The position numbers were made by a program, and so were the translations under genes. From NCBI GenBank assembly GCA_963708295.1, contig CAVPSJ010000017.1, forward strand, positions 256,001 through 320,000: a stretch of DNA of 64,000 nucleotides, in the 5' to 3' direction. The DNA is from an uncultured delta proteobacterium (lineage in GTDB: Bacteria > Desulfobacterota > BSN033 > UBA1163). The first letter of the stretch is position 1; each line of letters starts with the position of its first letter. The notes under the pieces are model-generated. The model saw nothing but the letters and a program-made list of their open reading frames with translations. It was not told the origin of the DNA and did not search any database. Shown here piece by piece: positions 32,238 to 42,418 of this stretch.

Positions 32238-32322
32238 CCCAGCGACAACTCTTCACTTTAAGATAGCTTTATGAGATAATGATTATTATTTGATTCTACA
32301 GCCCCTTTACGACTTGTAGGGG

Positions 32323-33579
32323 ATGCCTGTGGAAACTCCACTCATCGAATTTAGAGATGTTACCAAGCGTTTTGGCGACCGGACTGTCCTTGACCAGGTC
32401 AATCTGAAGATTTACGAGAATCAGATCACCACGATCATGGGCAAAAGCGGTGCAGGCAAGAGTGTTCTCCTCAAACACTTTATCGGTTTGCTCTCCCCTG
32501 ATGCGGGGACCATCTTTTTCCTAGGGGGACCCCTTGACAAGATGAAAAGGGGAGAATGGGATCGATACAGAAGTCAGATCAGTTACCTGTTTCAAAACAA
32601 CGCACTTTTCGACTCCATGACAGTGTTCGACAATATCGCACTGCCGCTGAGGCAAACGACAAGCTTAAGCAGGAAGGAAATTGAGCAAAGGGTGATGGCC
32701 AGGATAGAGCAAACCGAACTCATGGAAGCGGCAGATAAATATCCGTCAGAACTCTCGGGTGGCATGCAGAAGCGTGTGGCCCTGGCACGATCTCTCGTGA
32801 CAGACCCAAAGATCGTGCTCTTTGATGAGCCGACAGCCGGACAGGACCCGATCCGGAAAAATGCGATCCTGAGCATGATCGCCCATTATAGGAAAAAGTT
32901 CGGTTTTACTGCGGTCCTCGTCAGCCACGACATTCCCGATGTTTTTTTCATTTCTGACCGGATCATTCTTCTCTGGGAGGGAAGGATAGCCTTTCAGGGG
33001 TCCTATGAAGAAGTCGCCAGGTTGGATCATCCCATGGCAGAGGAGTTTCTCCGGAGCCTCGAAGGGCTTCAGGATGAATTAACGGGTCTTCTTTCGAAAC
33101 AGATGTTCAAGGCCAAGTATGCCATGACGTTAAATCAGACGCAGGCAAAACAAACCGTTACGGCTGCGCTGTTCAGCGTGGAAATAGATCTTGTTACCGA
33201 AACACTTGGACCCTTGGCAGCGGCTGAGGTTGTCAAGGCCTTAGGAAAATACATCAATACAAACTTAGGTGCCTTAGAAGGATTCTCGGTCAGAAATCAT
33301 ACAGGGCAAATTCTGGCGATACTCCCCTATACCGATCTCCAGGAGGCGGAACAACTGGTGGATAATTTGGGGAGTGGACTTCAGAAGGAGGCATTATCAA
33401 ACATTCAGGCCCTCACTCAAGCGAAGATCGGTGCCAGTGCCTGTTTTGAAATCAACATTTATGCCGGTATCTCGGAAGCCAAGCCCGATGACGATATTGA
33501 CAATATCAGTGAAAGGGCAAGAGCTACCCAAAAAATCATTGGAACCTTTCGATGTGATTCGAAAGGTGGACGAATATGA
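32323..33579 (+). CDS. MlaF/Ttg2A-like ABC ATPase with C-terminal extension (degenerate GGDEF-like)
   Basis: GKSGAGKS, FQNNALFDSMTV, LSGGMQKRVALAR, FDEPT; about 170 extra residues. Confidence 0.88.
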   Translation: MPVETPLIEFRDVTKRFGDRTVLDQVNLKIYENQITTIMGKSGAGKSVLLKHFIGLLSPDAGTIFFLGGPLDKMKRGEWDRYRSQISYLFQNNALFDSMTVFDNIALPLRQTTSLSRKEIEQRVMARIEQTELMEAADKYPSELSGGMQKRVALARSLVTDPKIVLFDEPTAGQDPIRKNAILSMIAHYRKKFGFTAVLVSHDIPDVFFISDRIILLWEGRIAFQGSYEEVARLDHPMAEEFLRSLEGLQDELTGLLSKQMFKAKYAMTLNQTQAKQTVTAALFSVEIDLVTETLGPLAAAEVVKALGKYINTNLGALEGFSVRNHTGQILAILPYTDLQEAEQLVDNLGSGLQKEALSNIQALTQAKIGASACFEINIYAGISEAKPDDDIDNISERARATQKIIGTFRCDSKGGRI

Positions 33580-33663
33580 AAAAATACTCTATAGAAACAA
33601 TCGTCGGCGTCGTCGTTGTCTCAGAAGGTTTTCTCCCGGATTTACCACATATCTTGGAATAGT
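33576..33663 (+). pseudogene. 5' stub of an MlaD-like gene
   Basis: Overlapping ATGA start, MKKYSIETIVGVVVV, then breaks off. Confidence 0.55.
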
Positions 33664-33719
33664 ACCTGGGTTCAGACTTAAAAATTGAGATCTAGATCGA
33701 GTAACTGAGTCGGGGTTCC

Positions 33720-33874
33720 GAGATCAATCCTTATTCTTGACTTCCCATATATCACGAAAGTTTGCTTCTGCCCCCAGGCCTTTTTACCTGAAAACGAAGA
33801 AATATCTAGACCACCACCCTGCGGATGTTGATTGGAATATACAAATGTTATGAAAATAGGTCAACCGAAACTTT
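33720..33874 (-). repeat. Array repeat copy 16
   Basis: Consensus match, right-truncated. Confidence 0.93.
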
Positions 33875-33929
33875 GCGGGGTATCCCGGCATTTAATAAAT
33901 CTTCATTAATTATCTTTAAATCTACAATA

Positions 33930-35870
33930 CTAATAATTTCTATAAATAACCTTACCATCCTCATCGATATATTTATAAATTTTATCCTTTTTTTCAGAAC
34001 TATCTTTTGTGACGTATCCAATATAGAAATTAGAACCTTTGTAGACACCCTGAAACTTCGTTATATTACAACCGGTTTTTTGCTTTACAACCTCAGCTAA
34101 AGAACTTGGCATGTTGCCACGTATTGAATGTCTTGAGCTTGATACATTGGGGTCTTTGTAAGCATATGCTTCACCTATGTAACTTACTTTAGTGTTCTGT
34201 ATTCCTTCAACCCGGCTATCGTTCGATCCGGAAAAATAGATCTCTGAAAGACGCGCGTCGGGTAAAATATGTAAGCGCCATATTACTGGTTGATGAGAAC
34301 TTAAAACTAATTTCACAGGCAGATCTGTGTGACTAATAGTGACATCGGCATAGCCAGCAATTTTCTCCCCAAAACCTCTGCTGCGATTGTCTGGCAAACT
34401 TCCTTCATAAACACCAATTGCCTCTGTCTGGAAGTTTTGACAATTTATCTGCGGTGGTACAATAACTTTATCACTCTCCTTTTCAGGGGCTCCGATAGGC
34501 ATATCTTGAGAGATTACCTCTCCTATGATATCGCTAAACTTACCGAAACTAGTCTTTGAAGGCACATTTAATATCTTTAATTCATAGGGTGTGGCAAGAA
34601 GTAGTTGCCCGTTTGCTAAGACGGCCATTTTACTACTTGTGCCTGTGTACTCAGCCATTTTTTGGGCAGTTCCCCTACCCATGTCAACATAAAATGCTTC
34701 CCTTGAATGCGAGACCGATGTTTCCATGAGCAATAGATCTGTATTCTTAATCTGCGTCAGCGTAGCATACTCAAGCTTGCGAAACTTCAGTTGACGCATC
34801 TTTTTCAAGTCCGGCAAACTTCTTTGCACTATTAAACCGTGCGGCAAAGTGCCGTAAAATGACTTATTATCATTGGCAAATGCTATCGCACGCGGCTGAT
34901 AATCATAATTTGTCACTGGTTCTGCCGCACGCATGACTAAAGAAAGCTTTTCATCCATTGTTTTGATCAGTTCCCAGCTCTCTATATGACGATGTCGAAC
35001 TGCAATCAAGTACTTGTCATCAGGACTCATTACTATTAAGGAAGTTTTCTCTTTGCCTTCCACATTCCAAGCAACTTCTCCCTTTATTACGTCATAAATG
35101 CCAATGCTCTCTTTGCCGGAATATATAAAATATTGTCCCAGAGACATAGGCAATTGTTGGTATTGAGGAAGAGTTTTATGTCTGAGCAATTCGCCGGTCC
35201 TAACATCCCACATCGCGAGTTCCGTCTTGGGCGTGTAAACACACCAGATTAATATTCTACCGTTTGGAGTCAAAAAGAAACGATCGCCGAAACCCTTGTT
35301 TTTAATATACTTGGTGTTTATTCGATTAATGGCTTGCCCATTTACAAGGTCAAATATCTCTGTCGTATCATTTTGGAATGTGACAGCGGCCACCGGGGCG
35401 TCCGCGGATACAACAACTGAGCGAGGTGTACTCGGCCTAAGCTTTAGTTCCCCTGAAAAGCTTATGTTAATTGTGTTATTTGGAAGCGTGGCTTTCGAGG
35501 GGATGTCATACAAAAGACTGATTCTTTGGTCATTATATATTTCGATCCGCTGGGCATCGAAAGCTTCATAACATCCTATAAGGGTCTTATTGTCCTTAAT
35601 TAATCCAGCACAGTGACTTTTTCTCAATCTAAGCCAATCTTTGTGTGCAATTCTTAAAGCTTTTACTCTCTCGGGATTTGTTTCTAACGCGAGCAACGAT
35701 GAAAATACGGATTCTACTTTGGTTGCAGCAATGATCTGTTTTTCGCTGTCAGGGGTTTTGGTTTCACTGTCGAGCTGCATCAAATCCTGCGCGTAAGCAT
35801 TCAAGCAAATGGAAAATAGCACTGCAGCCAGCAAAACTCCTAGAGAATTCGACCGGTATCTTTTTGTCAT
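33930..35870 (-). CDS. Secreted LprI-like + beta-propeller protein, paralog 2
   Basis: Signal peptide from MTKRYRS; ..WLRLR..C..C helical domain, WD-like repeats, C-terminal GVYEG domain; the longer ORF-track start overlaps the upstream gene. Confidence 0.75.
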   Translation of the reverse strand: MTKRYRSNSLGVLLAAVLFSICLNAYAQDLMQLDSETKTPDSEKQIIAATKVESVFSSLLALETNPERVKALRIAHKDWLRLRKSHCAGLIKDNKTLIGCYEAFDAQRIEIYNDQRISLLYDIPSKATLPNNTINISFSGELKLRPSTPRSVVVSADAPVAAVTFQNDTTEIFDLVNGQAINRINTKYIKNKGFGDRFFLTPNGRILIWCVYTPKTELAMWDVRTGELLRHKTLPQYQQLPMSLGQYFIYSGKESIGIYDVIKGEVAWNVEGKEKTSLIVMSPDDKYLIAVRHRHIESWELIKTMDEKLSLVMRAAEPVTNYDYQPRAIAFANDNKSFYGTLPHGLIVQRSLPDLKKMRQLKFRKLEYATLTQIKNTDLLLMETSVSHSREAFYVDMGRGTAQKMAEYTGTSSKMAVLANGQLLLATPYELKILNVPSKTSFGKFSDIIGEVISQDMPIGAPEKESDKVIVPPQINCQNFQTEAIGVYEGSLPDNRSRGFGEKIAGYADVTISHTDLPVKLVLSSHQPVIWRLHILPDARLSEIYFSGSNDSRVEGIQNTKVSYIGEAYAYKDPNVSSSRHSIRGNMPSSLAEVVKQKTGCNITKFQGVYKGSNFYIGYVTKDSSEKKDKIYKYIDEDGKVIYRNY

Positions 35871-36108
35871 CTTTTTGTGTTCGCCGCTGTTCTCCATGCC
35901 GCCCTCCGGGTTTCCAAAATCTTCCGCCATCTGCCACGATAAGAACGTTTCGTCATAGCAATAAACGTCCTTAGGTTTCTCGTCCTCCACTGCAATGGAC
36001 TCCTGTCTAGGGGGGACGTCGAAATGAACCTCCCAATGCTCCGTTTTCGACCGTAAAAGGGAAAAAACTTGATCTGAAACTTCCCCTCTCAACCTCGGAA
36101 GGTCATTC

Positions 36109-38070
36109 CTAATAATTTCTGTAAGTGACATTACCGTTCTCATCGATCTGTCTATAGATTTTGTCCTTTGTTCCAGAAATATCTTTTGTGATGTATCCAA
36201 TATAGAAGTTAGAACCTCGATACACGCCCTGAAACTTCGTTATATTACATCCGATTTTTTGCTTCACAACATCAGCTAAACTTGGGATGTAAGGATATCT
36301 TGACCTTGATACATTGGAATCTTCGTAAGCAAACGCGTCGCCTATATGGATTATTGTTATGCTTTGTGCTCCTCCGACTCTGCTGTCCTTTGAACCAGAA
36401 AGATAGATTTCCGAGAGACGTGCGTCTGATGAAATATGTAAGCGCCATATTACTGGTTCATGAGAACTCAAAACTAATTTCACAGGCAGATCTGTATGAC
36501 TAATATGGATGTCCACATTGCCGGCAATTTTCTCCGCCCCACCCCTGCTGCGATTGTCTGCTAAGCTTCCTTCATAGACACCGATTGCCTCTATTTGGAA
36601 ATTCTGACAATTTATCTGCGCTGGTGCAATACCTTTATCCCTATCCTTGTCAGGGGCTTTGATAGGCATATCTTGAGAGATTACCTCTCCTATAATATTG
36701 CTAAACCTATCTAAGCCCGTCTTAGAGGGCACTTTTAATGTCTTTAATTCATGGGGTGTGGCAAGAAGCACCTGGCCGTTTGCTAAAGGCGCTGTTCTAC
36801 TATTTGCGCCTGTGTGCTCAGCTATCTTTTTAGCGGTTTGTGCAACCATATCAACATAAAATGCTTCCATGTTTTGATCCGAGAACCATGCTTCCATAAG
36901 TAATAGATCTGTATGTTTAATCTGTGTCAGGATAGCATGCGAGAGGTTTGGAAACTTCAGTTGACGAATCCCCTTCAAGTCCGGCAATCTTCTTTGTACT
37001 ATCAAACCTCGCGGCAAAGTAGCGTAAAATGATTTATTATCATTAGCGAAAGCTATCGCAAGCGGCTTAAGATTAGAACCCTCCACCTGTTCTGTTGCAC
37101 GCAGAACGAAAGAGGGGGCTTCATCCATTGCTTTCACGAGTTCCCAGCTCTCTATGGAATGATCTCGAACTGCAATCAAGTACTTGTCGTCAGAGCTCAT
37201 TGCCATCAAAGAAATCCACTCCCTACCTTCTGCCACGTTCCAGGTAGCTTCTCCTTTTATTACATCATAAATGCCAATTCTGTATCTGTCGGGGAAAGAA
37301 TCGGAATAGACAAAATATCGTCCTTGAGAGGTAAGTAAGTGGTTATGTTGCGTAAGTGTTTTGTGTCTAAGCAATTCACCGGTCCTAACATCCCACATCA
37401 TCAGCTTTGCCCTTGGCACATAAAAAGAGCCAATCAATATTCTGCCGTTTGGATCCAAGAAGAAATGAACACCAGGCCTGCTGATTTTGGCATCGAAGGT
37501 TTCTATTCGATTAATAAGCCGCCTGCTAGCAAGGTCAAATATCTCTGTCATATTATTATTGAATTCGACGGCGGCTATTGGAGCATCTGCTGATACGACA
37601 ACTGAGCGAGGCACGGCCCGATTCGTGTTGTATTCTTGTGAATAGGTTAGGTCCGTTGTGTTGTCTGGAAGCGTGCCTTGCGAGGGGATGTCATACAAGA
37701 GGCCTATTCTCTGGTTATTTAAGGCTTCAATCCGCTGGATATCGAAAGCTTCATAACATTCTGAGAGCTTCTTGTCGTCTTTCTTAACGTCCTCATCCAT
37801 TAATTCAGAACAGTGGCTTTTTCTCAATCTGAGCCAATCTTTATGCTCGAGTGTTAAAGCTTTTACTCTCGCTGGATTTTTTTCCAAGGCGAGCAATGAT
37901 GAAAATGCGGATTCTACTTTGTTTGCCGCAATGATTCGTTTGTCGCCGTCAGGGGTTGATTTTGTTATGTCGGTGATATCTTGATTACATCCGTTTAAAG
38001 TGAAAAATAGGAAGAGGAAAGCACTAAGGGGAATAATAAAAATAATCGTTACAGTTTGTCGTTCTGCCAC
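36109..38070 (-). CDS. Secreted/lipoprotein LprI-like + beta-propeller protein, paralog 1
   Basis: Collinear and similar to 33930-35870; LNGC lipobox; GTG start with GAGG RBS. Confidence 0.78.
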   Translation of the reverse strand: MAERQTVTIIFIIPLSAFLFLFFTLNGCNQDITDITKSTPDGDKRIIAANKVESAFSSLLALEKNPARVKALTLEHKDWLRLRKSHCSELMDEDVKKDDKKLSECYEAFDIQRIEALNNQRIGLLYDIPSQGTLPDNTTDLTYSQEYNTNRAVPRSVVVSADAPIAAVEFNNNMTEIFDLASRRLINRIETFDAKISRPGVHFFLDPNGRILIGSFYVPRAKLMMWDVRTGELLRHKTLTQHNHLLTSQGRYFVYSDSFPDRYRIGIYDVIKGEATWNVAEGREWISLMAMSSDDKYLIAVRDHSIESWELVKAMDEAPSFVLRATEQVEGSNLKPLAIAFANDNKSFYATLPRGLIVQRRLPDLKGIRQLKFPNLSHAILTQIKHTDLLLMEAWFSDQNMEAFYVDMVAQTAKKIAEHTGANSRTAPLANGQVLLATPHELKTLKVPSKTGLDRFSNIIGEVISQDMPIKAPDKDRDKGIAPAQINCQNFQIEAIGVYEGSLADNRSRGGAEKIAGNVDIHISHTDLPVKLVLSSHEPVIWRLHISSDARLSEIYLSGSKDSRVGGAQSITIIHIGDAFAYEDSNVSRSRYPYIPSLADVVKQKIGCNITKFQGVYRGSNFYIGYITKDISGTKDKIYRQIDENGNVTYRNY

Positions 38071-38112
38071 TTTCTTCCTCTTCAGATAGCTTTCATTTCT
38101 GGTGCCTTTGTA

Positions 38113-38268
38113 AAGCAACAATTATGCCAGCTTAATAATGTTTGTAACATATTGCAATTAAATTGCATTTTGAGCGATTGCCAAACAAATTCCCTCAAAA
38201 TGGCTAATTCCTATATGTCTCGTGACAATCTTGAACCTATTATTCCCGGGCCACTGATCCGCTTCAGG
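38113..38268 (-). promoter_or_regulatory. sigma54 promoter and upstream module, copy 1
   Basis: TGGCATAATTGTTGCT; about 155 bp homologous to 62563-62717. Confidence 0.7.
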
Positions 38269-38370
38269 GGCTTCTGATCCACCTTCTCATAGTTGCCTCT
38301 GTGCGCAGGAACCCAGACTTTCCGTTCAAGAAGGGAGAGAAATATAGAATCATGGAATTTGCCGGAATTT

Positions 38371-38427
38371 GGGGTCAACCGAAACTTTCAGAAAGAGGGA
38401 CTGAAAGAAGTGGTTGCTTTGTTACAC
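38371..38427 (-). repeat. Array repeat copy 17 (collapsed)
   Basis: GGGGTC fused to AACCGAAACTTTCAG through GGTC microhomology. Confidence 0.85.
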
Positions 38428-38567
38428 TTACACTGTTCGTTGAGAGATATCATGGAAAACAATGATGACGGGTCGAAATGTGCATGAGTATAACCGAAAA
38501 AACCAAGAGGAGTGGGCTATGGTCAACAACCCACTCCTCCTTGCTTACCGGACACGATCACTTTCGT

Positions 38568-39599
38568 TTAGGCCGAGATGATATATCTCGTACCAACCGT
38601 ATTCAATATAAACTGATCGGGCATCTCTCGCGCGAAAGCCCCGACGGCCTCATACCCTGTACAGTGGATAGGGACTATATAGTCTGGTTGTATGGCCTTG
38701 ATATCCGCAATGGTTTTCTGAATGAGTTCAGGTTTGGCCCCTGTTAAGTGGAACCCTCCAACGACTAGGTGAACCTTCTCGGTGCCGGTCATCCTTTGAG
38801 CCTGCTTCACCGTATTCACAATCCCTCGATGGGCGCACGCGGAGAGCACGACCAATCCCTTCCCTTTGGCATTGAACACGATCGCCTGCTCTCCGATAAA
38901 ATCCTCCTGAACATACTCATCTCCTCTCTTCTTCACGAACATAGGCGGTATCTTTTCATAATCCGTGACTTGCTCAACCCTGCCTGCCAGGTAGGCCCCC
39001 TGAACGATGGGCGTGGGTGCCTTTACCTCTGTAATCTTGACGAGGCCCAACCCCTCAACGTCCTCCCTTTTCAACGCGAAGATGCTTCTAATCTTACCAT
39101 CGGGCATTCTCATATAGGTTCCTACAAAGAACTGCTCTCCCACGTAAAAGGGGATACCCCGGGGAATCTCTTCCCGCTTTGCCTTAAGAAGTTCTACCAG
39201 GGCTGCCTGGTGGTCACGGTGGTCATGGCTCAAGGCTATGGCCTCGATATTCTTTAGGTCTAGCTGCAGTAACTCTATATTATTTTTCATCCCCTGAGCA
39301 TCACTCGCAAAATCGAAGAGAAAGGAATGAACCCGGCCCTCCACAGTGGTCTCCACATGATATGCCAGGCCGTGCTCGCCATGCAGTCCGCGATTGGTCG
39401 TGGCTGCATATCTCTTCGCTATCTTATAATCCGGTCTGAGTGCGTCGGCGTAGTTGTCCGTGATGACGGTGATGACTATCTTCTCCGCTTCGGGTATCTT
39501 GACTGTTCCTTGCGCAAAGGCACGGTTCCGAAAGATATCGCCTGTCAAAAGGACAGTGCTGGTAACTGCTGTAGTCTTCAAAAAATCCCTTCGATTCAT
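38568..39599 (-). CDS. MBL-fold metallo-hydrolase with Tat signal
   Basis: NRRDFLK, GEHGL, SHDHRDH, CAHRGIVN, GGFHL, HCTG. Confidence 0.92.
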   Translation of the reverse strand: MNRRDFLKTTAVTSTVLLTGDIFRNRAFAQGTVKIPEAEKIVITVITDNYADALRPDYKIAKRYAATTNRGLHGEHGLAYHVETTVEGRVHSFLFDFASDAQGMKNNIELLQLDLKNIEAIALSHDHRDHQAALVELLKAKREEIPRGIPFYVGEQFFVGTYMRMPDGKIRSIFALKREDVEGLGLVKITEVKAPTPIVQGAYLAGRVEQVTDYEKIPPMFVKKRGDEYVQEDFIGEQAIVFNAKGKGLVVLSACAHRGIVNTVKQAQRMTGTEKVHLVVGGFHLTGAKPELIQKTIADIKAIQPDYIVPIHCTGYEAVGAFAREMPDQFILNTVGTRYIISA

Positions 39600-39679
39600 T
39601 TCTTTTAACATATATATACACCCCCTTTCTTGGGCATCTAAGAGCATTAATGGATTCTCGCGAAATAAGAGATCCCCAG

Positions 39680-39795
39680 AGAGTCAAAAGCCTCCAAAGG
39701 GATAGTCAATTCCCTTGGAGGCTTTTGACTCGGAACCTCTGGAAGTCCCTTTTCATAGCCCTCTCCAAAAGGTTGAGGTTAGGTTGTGAGGTTGG
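39680..39795 (-). promoter_or_regulatory. Leader with 16-codon uORF (39756-39706) and long hairpin, copy 2
   Basis: GGAG plus ATG, MKRDFQRFRVKSLQGN*; stem GAGTCAAAAGCCTCCAA/TTGGAGGCTTTTGACTC. Confidence 0.55.
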
Positions 39796-39887
39796 CTTTC
39801 AAAAACGATGTGATTTAATAAGAGGGTACTGATTCTAATTGAAAAAGTCAACAAGAATTATTCAAGAATTATTGGTTAGAATTTGCG

Positions 39888-40817
39888 TTACGGGGTCACT
39901 TTTGGCCGATGGAAACTGAGATATGCGCGCCTTGCGGTCCAACTGTAACTTCCCTTAAGGGGTCCCCCTTGAACTTCGACATTGCCTTGAATGGTATCAC
40001 TACGGATGCGTCCATTGAGGCGCATTACGGCGTTCTGTTTATCAGTTCTATCTCTAAAAGTAAAACTCAATTGATCTCCCATTAAGCGGGCATTACCCAT
40101 GGGGATTTCTTGACCCTTGATCATCACATTACCACTGACTTCCTGGAATTGCTGATCAAGACGTAGGACGTAGTCACGCATGCCCGTTGACGTGGTCAGG
40201 GTCCAGCACCACGTGCCGGCGGCATCTGCAGGGATGACCCAATAATAATAATTGGTATCTTTTGTCGTAGGATTGGGTTTGTAATAAAGCTTGACGTTAT
40301 GAACCGTCCCCATGTTGTCTGGTTTCCAGTCATCCATGTCAAATTCATGAGACACGATGCGGGTGCCGGGCCTGAGTTCGCGAAATAGCTTGGGCCGGAG
40401 TCGCAAATTCAATTCAGGATAGAGGTAAAGGGTGACGACAGTCGCTTTGCTTATGTCGGTCTTGAAGAGATCCTGCTCAATGAACTTCAGACGGTCAGTC
40501 ACTCCAGCTTTCCGGGCATTCTCGTTGCTTTCCTTAATACGAACTGGATCGATGTCCACGCCGACACCACGAGCGCCGAAAACTTTCGCTGCCGTGATGA
40601 CGATACGACCGTCTCCACACCCAAGATCATAGACAATATCGTTCGGGGTCACTTTCGCCATTTTGAGCATCTCTATGACAACCTCTTCGGGGGTTGGTAC
40701 GTAATTCACATCAGGTTGGCGTTCCTGGCTGTACCCTGTGACGCAGGATATCCAAACGCTTACTATGAGAATGATGGACAAGGAAACGCGTTCAAACCAG
40801 ACCATTTTCTCCTCCAT
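39888..40817 (-). CDS. Class I SAM-dependent methyltransferase with signal peptide and C-terminal beta domain
   Basis: DV.YVPTP, YDLGCGDGRI, RIVSHEF. Confidence 0.9.
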   Translation of the reverse strand: MEEKMVWFERVSLSIILIVSVWISCVTGYSQERQPDVNYVPTPEEVVIEMLKMAKVTPNDIVYDLGCGDGRIVITAAKVFGARGVGVDIDPVRIKESNENARKAGVTDRLKFIEQDLFKTDISKATVVTLYLYPELNLRLRPKLFRELRPGTRIVSHEFDMDDWKPDNMGTVHNVKLYYKPNPTTKDTNYYYWVIPADAAGTWCWTLTTSTGMRDYVLRLDQQFQEVSGNVMIKGQEIPMGNARLMGDQLSFTFRDRTDKQNAVMRLNGRIRSDTIQGNVEVQGGPLKGSYSWTARRAYLSFHRPKVTP

Positions 40818-40830
40818 TTGCTGGACATTC

Positions 40831-41021
40831 GAGGCCGAATCTATTCTTTACTTTGTCTGTATTCCACGAAAGCCTTATTCTGACCCCCGTTTATTTCCGG
40901 GAAATGAAGAAATGTCTGCGCCGCCCCCCTGCGAATTTCTGATTGGAATATATAAATGTTATGAAAATTGGTCAACCGAAACTTTCAGAGAGAAAGAGTC
41001 AAAGAGGTGCCCCCCTTGTTA
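40831..41021 (-). repeat. Array repeat copy 18
   Basis: Degenerate full-length match. Confidence 0.92.
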
Positions 41022-41040
41022 GGTGTATGTCGCCGATGGG

Positions 41041-41985
41041 TTATCGAAACCCATAATAGTTGGCAACCTGCTCGGCAATTCGACCGATGGCGTCCTCAAG
41101 GTAGGGACCGATGCCGTAGTGATGGGCCGTAAAGATCGAGAGCACGACGTGAGACTTCTCACTTTCAAACAGTCCCACATCATTGGCGATAAAGGGCAAG
41201 AAATCGCCCGTCTTATGGGGCACGACATAGCCCGTCACATACTTGGGAATACGGGTTCCATAAATCTGCCCACGCATGATGGTCAGCATCTGCTCGCTTG
41301 CCTTCCGACTCACAGCTTTTCCACGGGAGATTTTCTCGAGCAGTTTTCCCGCGTCCCGTGCGGAGGAGAGCCCGAATGGCGTCTTTCCCTCAGCATGAAA
41401 AGCAGCCGCATTCGGGGCGGCCTGCAACGCAGTGAACCAGGCCTCGGTAGTCCCGGTGGCTCGAATCGTTTTCAGGCCATAGCTCTGCATTAATTTGTTC
41501 ACGGGTTCAATGCCGCCGACCTTTTCAAAAAGAATATCGGTCGCGGAGTTGTCACTGAGGATGTTCATCAGGACGATCAGATCTTTGATCGTCAAAGTGC
41601 CGCCGTCGGCGAGGGTCCGGATAATCCCGGTTCCGGGTCGTTTGTCTTGGGCTTGGATCGTGTAGCGATCGTCTAAGGAGAAGCGGCTTGCTTCGATCTG
41701 ACGGAAGACTTCAACCATGAGGGGAAGCTTGATCACACTCATCGTGTCCATCGTTTCATCCGCGTTGATGGCGATTTCCTCATCGGTTTCCAGGCATTTG
41801 ATGTAAATCCCCCACTGGGCATCCACACTCTTGCTGATCCGTTCGATGTTCGAGCGCAGACGCTGTAGAGGTGTCTGGGGTGGTGACTGTTGGGCGTCGA
41901 GGGGCTTGCTCAGGGAAAAAAGCAAGAAGACACAGAAAGCGAGTCCAACGCGGTGAACCCTTGCCGAACCCGAGCGGATCATCAT
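41041..41985 (-). CDS. Class A beta-lactamase-related serine hydrolase
   Basis: SVIK (SxxK), SDN and KTG motifs; signal peptide. Confidence 0.88.
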   Translation of the reverse strand: MMIRSGSARVHRVGLAFCVFLLFSLSKPLDAQQSPPQTPLQRLRSNIERISKSVDAQWGIYIKCLETDEEIAINADETMDTMSVIKLPLMVEVFRQIEASRFSLDDRYTIQAQDKRPGTGIIRTLADGGTLTIKDLIVLMNILSDNSATDILFEKVGGIEPVNKLMQSYGLKTIRATGTTEAWFTALQAAPNAAAFHAEGKTPFGLSSARDAGKLLEKISRGKAVSRKASEQMLTIMRGQIYGTRIPKYVTGYVVPHKTGDFLPFIANDVGLFESEKSHVVLSIFTAHHYGIGPYLEDAIGRIAEQVANYYGFR

Positions 41986-42018
41986 GAAGTGGTGCTCCTT
42001 ACATGGATCTGGGGACCT

Positions 42019-42216
42019 GGGGCCAAATTTTTATTCTTGGCTTTGCCTATATTTCACGAACATTTCCTTCTGACCCCAGGCTTTTTCCCTGAAAACGAAG
42101 AAATATCTACGCCGCCACGCTTCCGGATTCCTGATGGGGAATATATCTATTTTATGAACATTGGTCAACCGAAACTTTCAGAGAGAGGCTCACATCAGTG
42201 GGCTGCTTGGAACACC
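42019..42216 (-). repeat. Array repeat copy 19
   Basis: Full-length consensus match. Confidence 0.95.
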
Positions 42217-42277
42217 TACCGATCCTTGATATCGGCTAATATCGGCTATTGAAGATTATAGTTTGAAATGTGGAAAT

Positions 42278-42307
42278 AAAAAGGCAGGCTCAAATTGGGC
42301 CTGCCTT
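42278..42307 (-). terminator. Rho-independent terminator
   Basis: AAGGCAGGC/GCCTGCCTT stem plus T tract. Confidence 0.75.
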
Positions 42308-42418
42308 GGATGTCTGATTGACAGGATTAATTATATCTACTGCCTTTCTGAATTGCCATAATCTTACTTCAATTTAAATTCGAGGTAGCTTACCTCTGCC
42401 TATTGGCATGTCCAACCG

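Noticed and set aside
35871-36200. N-terminal extension of the 756-aa ORF
   Set aside because: It overlaps the upstream paralogue's 3' end in another frame; the signal peptide and paralogue alignment begin at 35870.
41041-41985. Functional antibiotic-resistance beta-lactamase
   Set aside because: SxxK, SDN and KTG are present but no clear omega-loop ExxLN motif was seen, so it is called only a related serine hydrolase.
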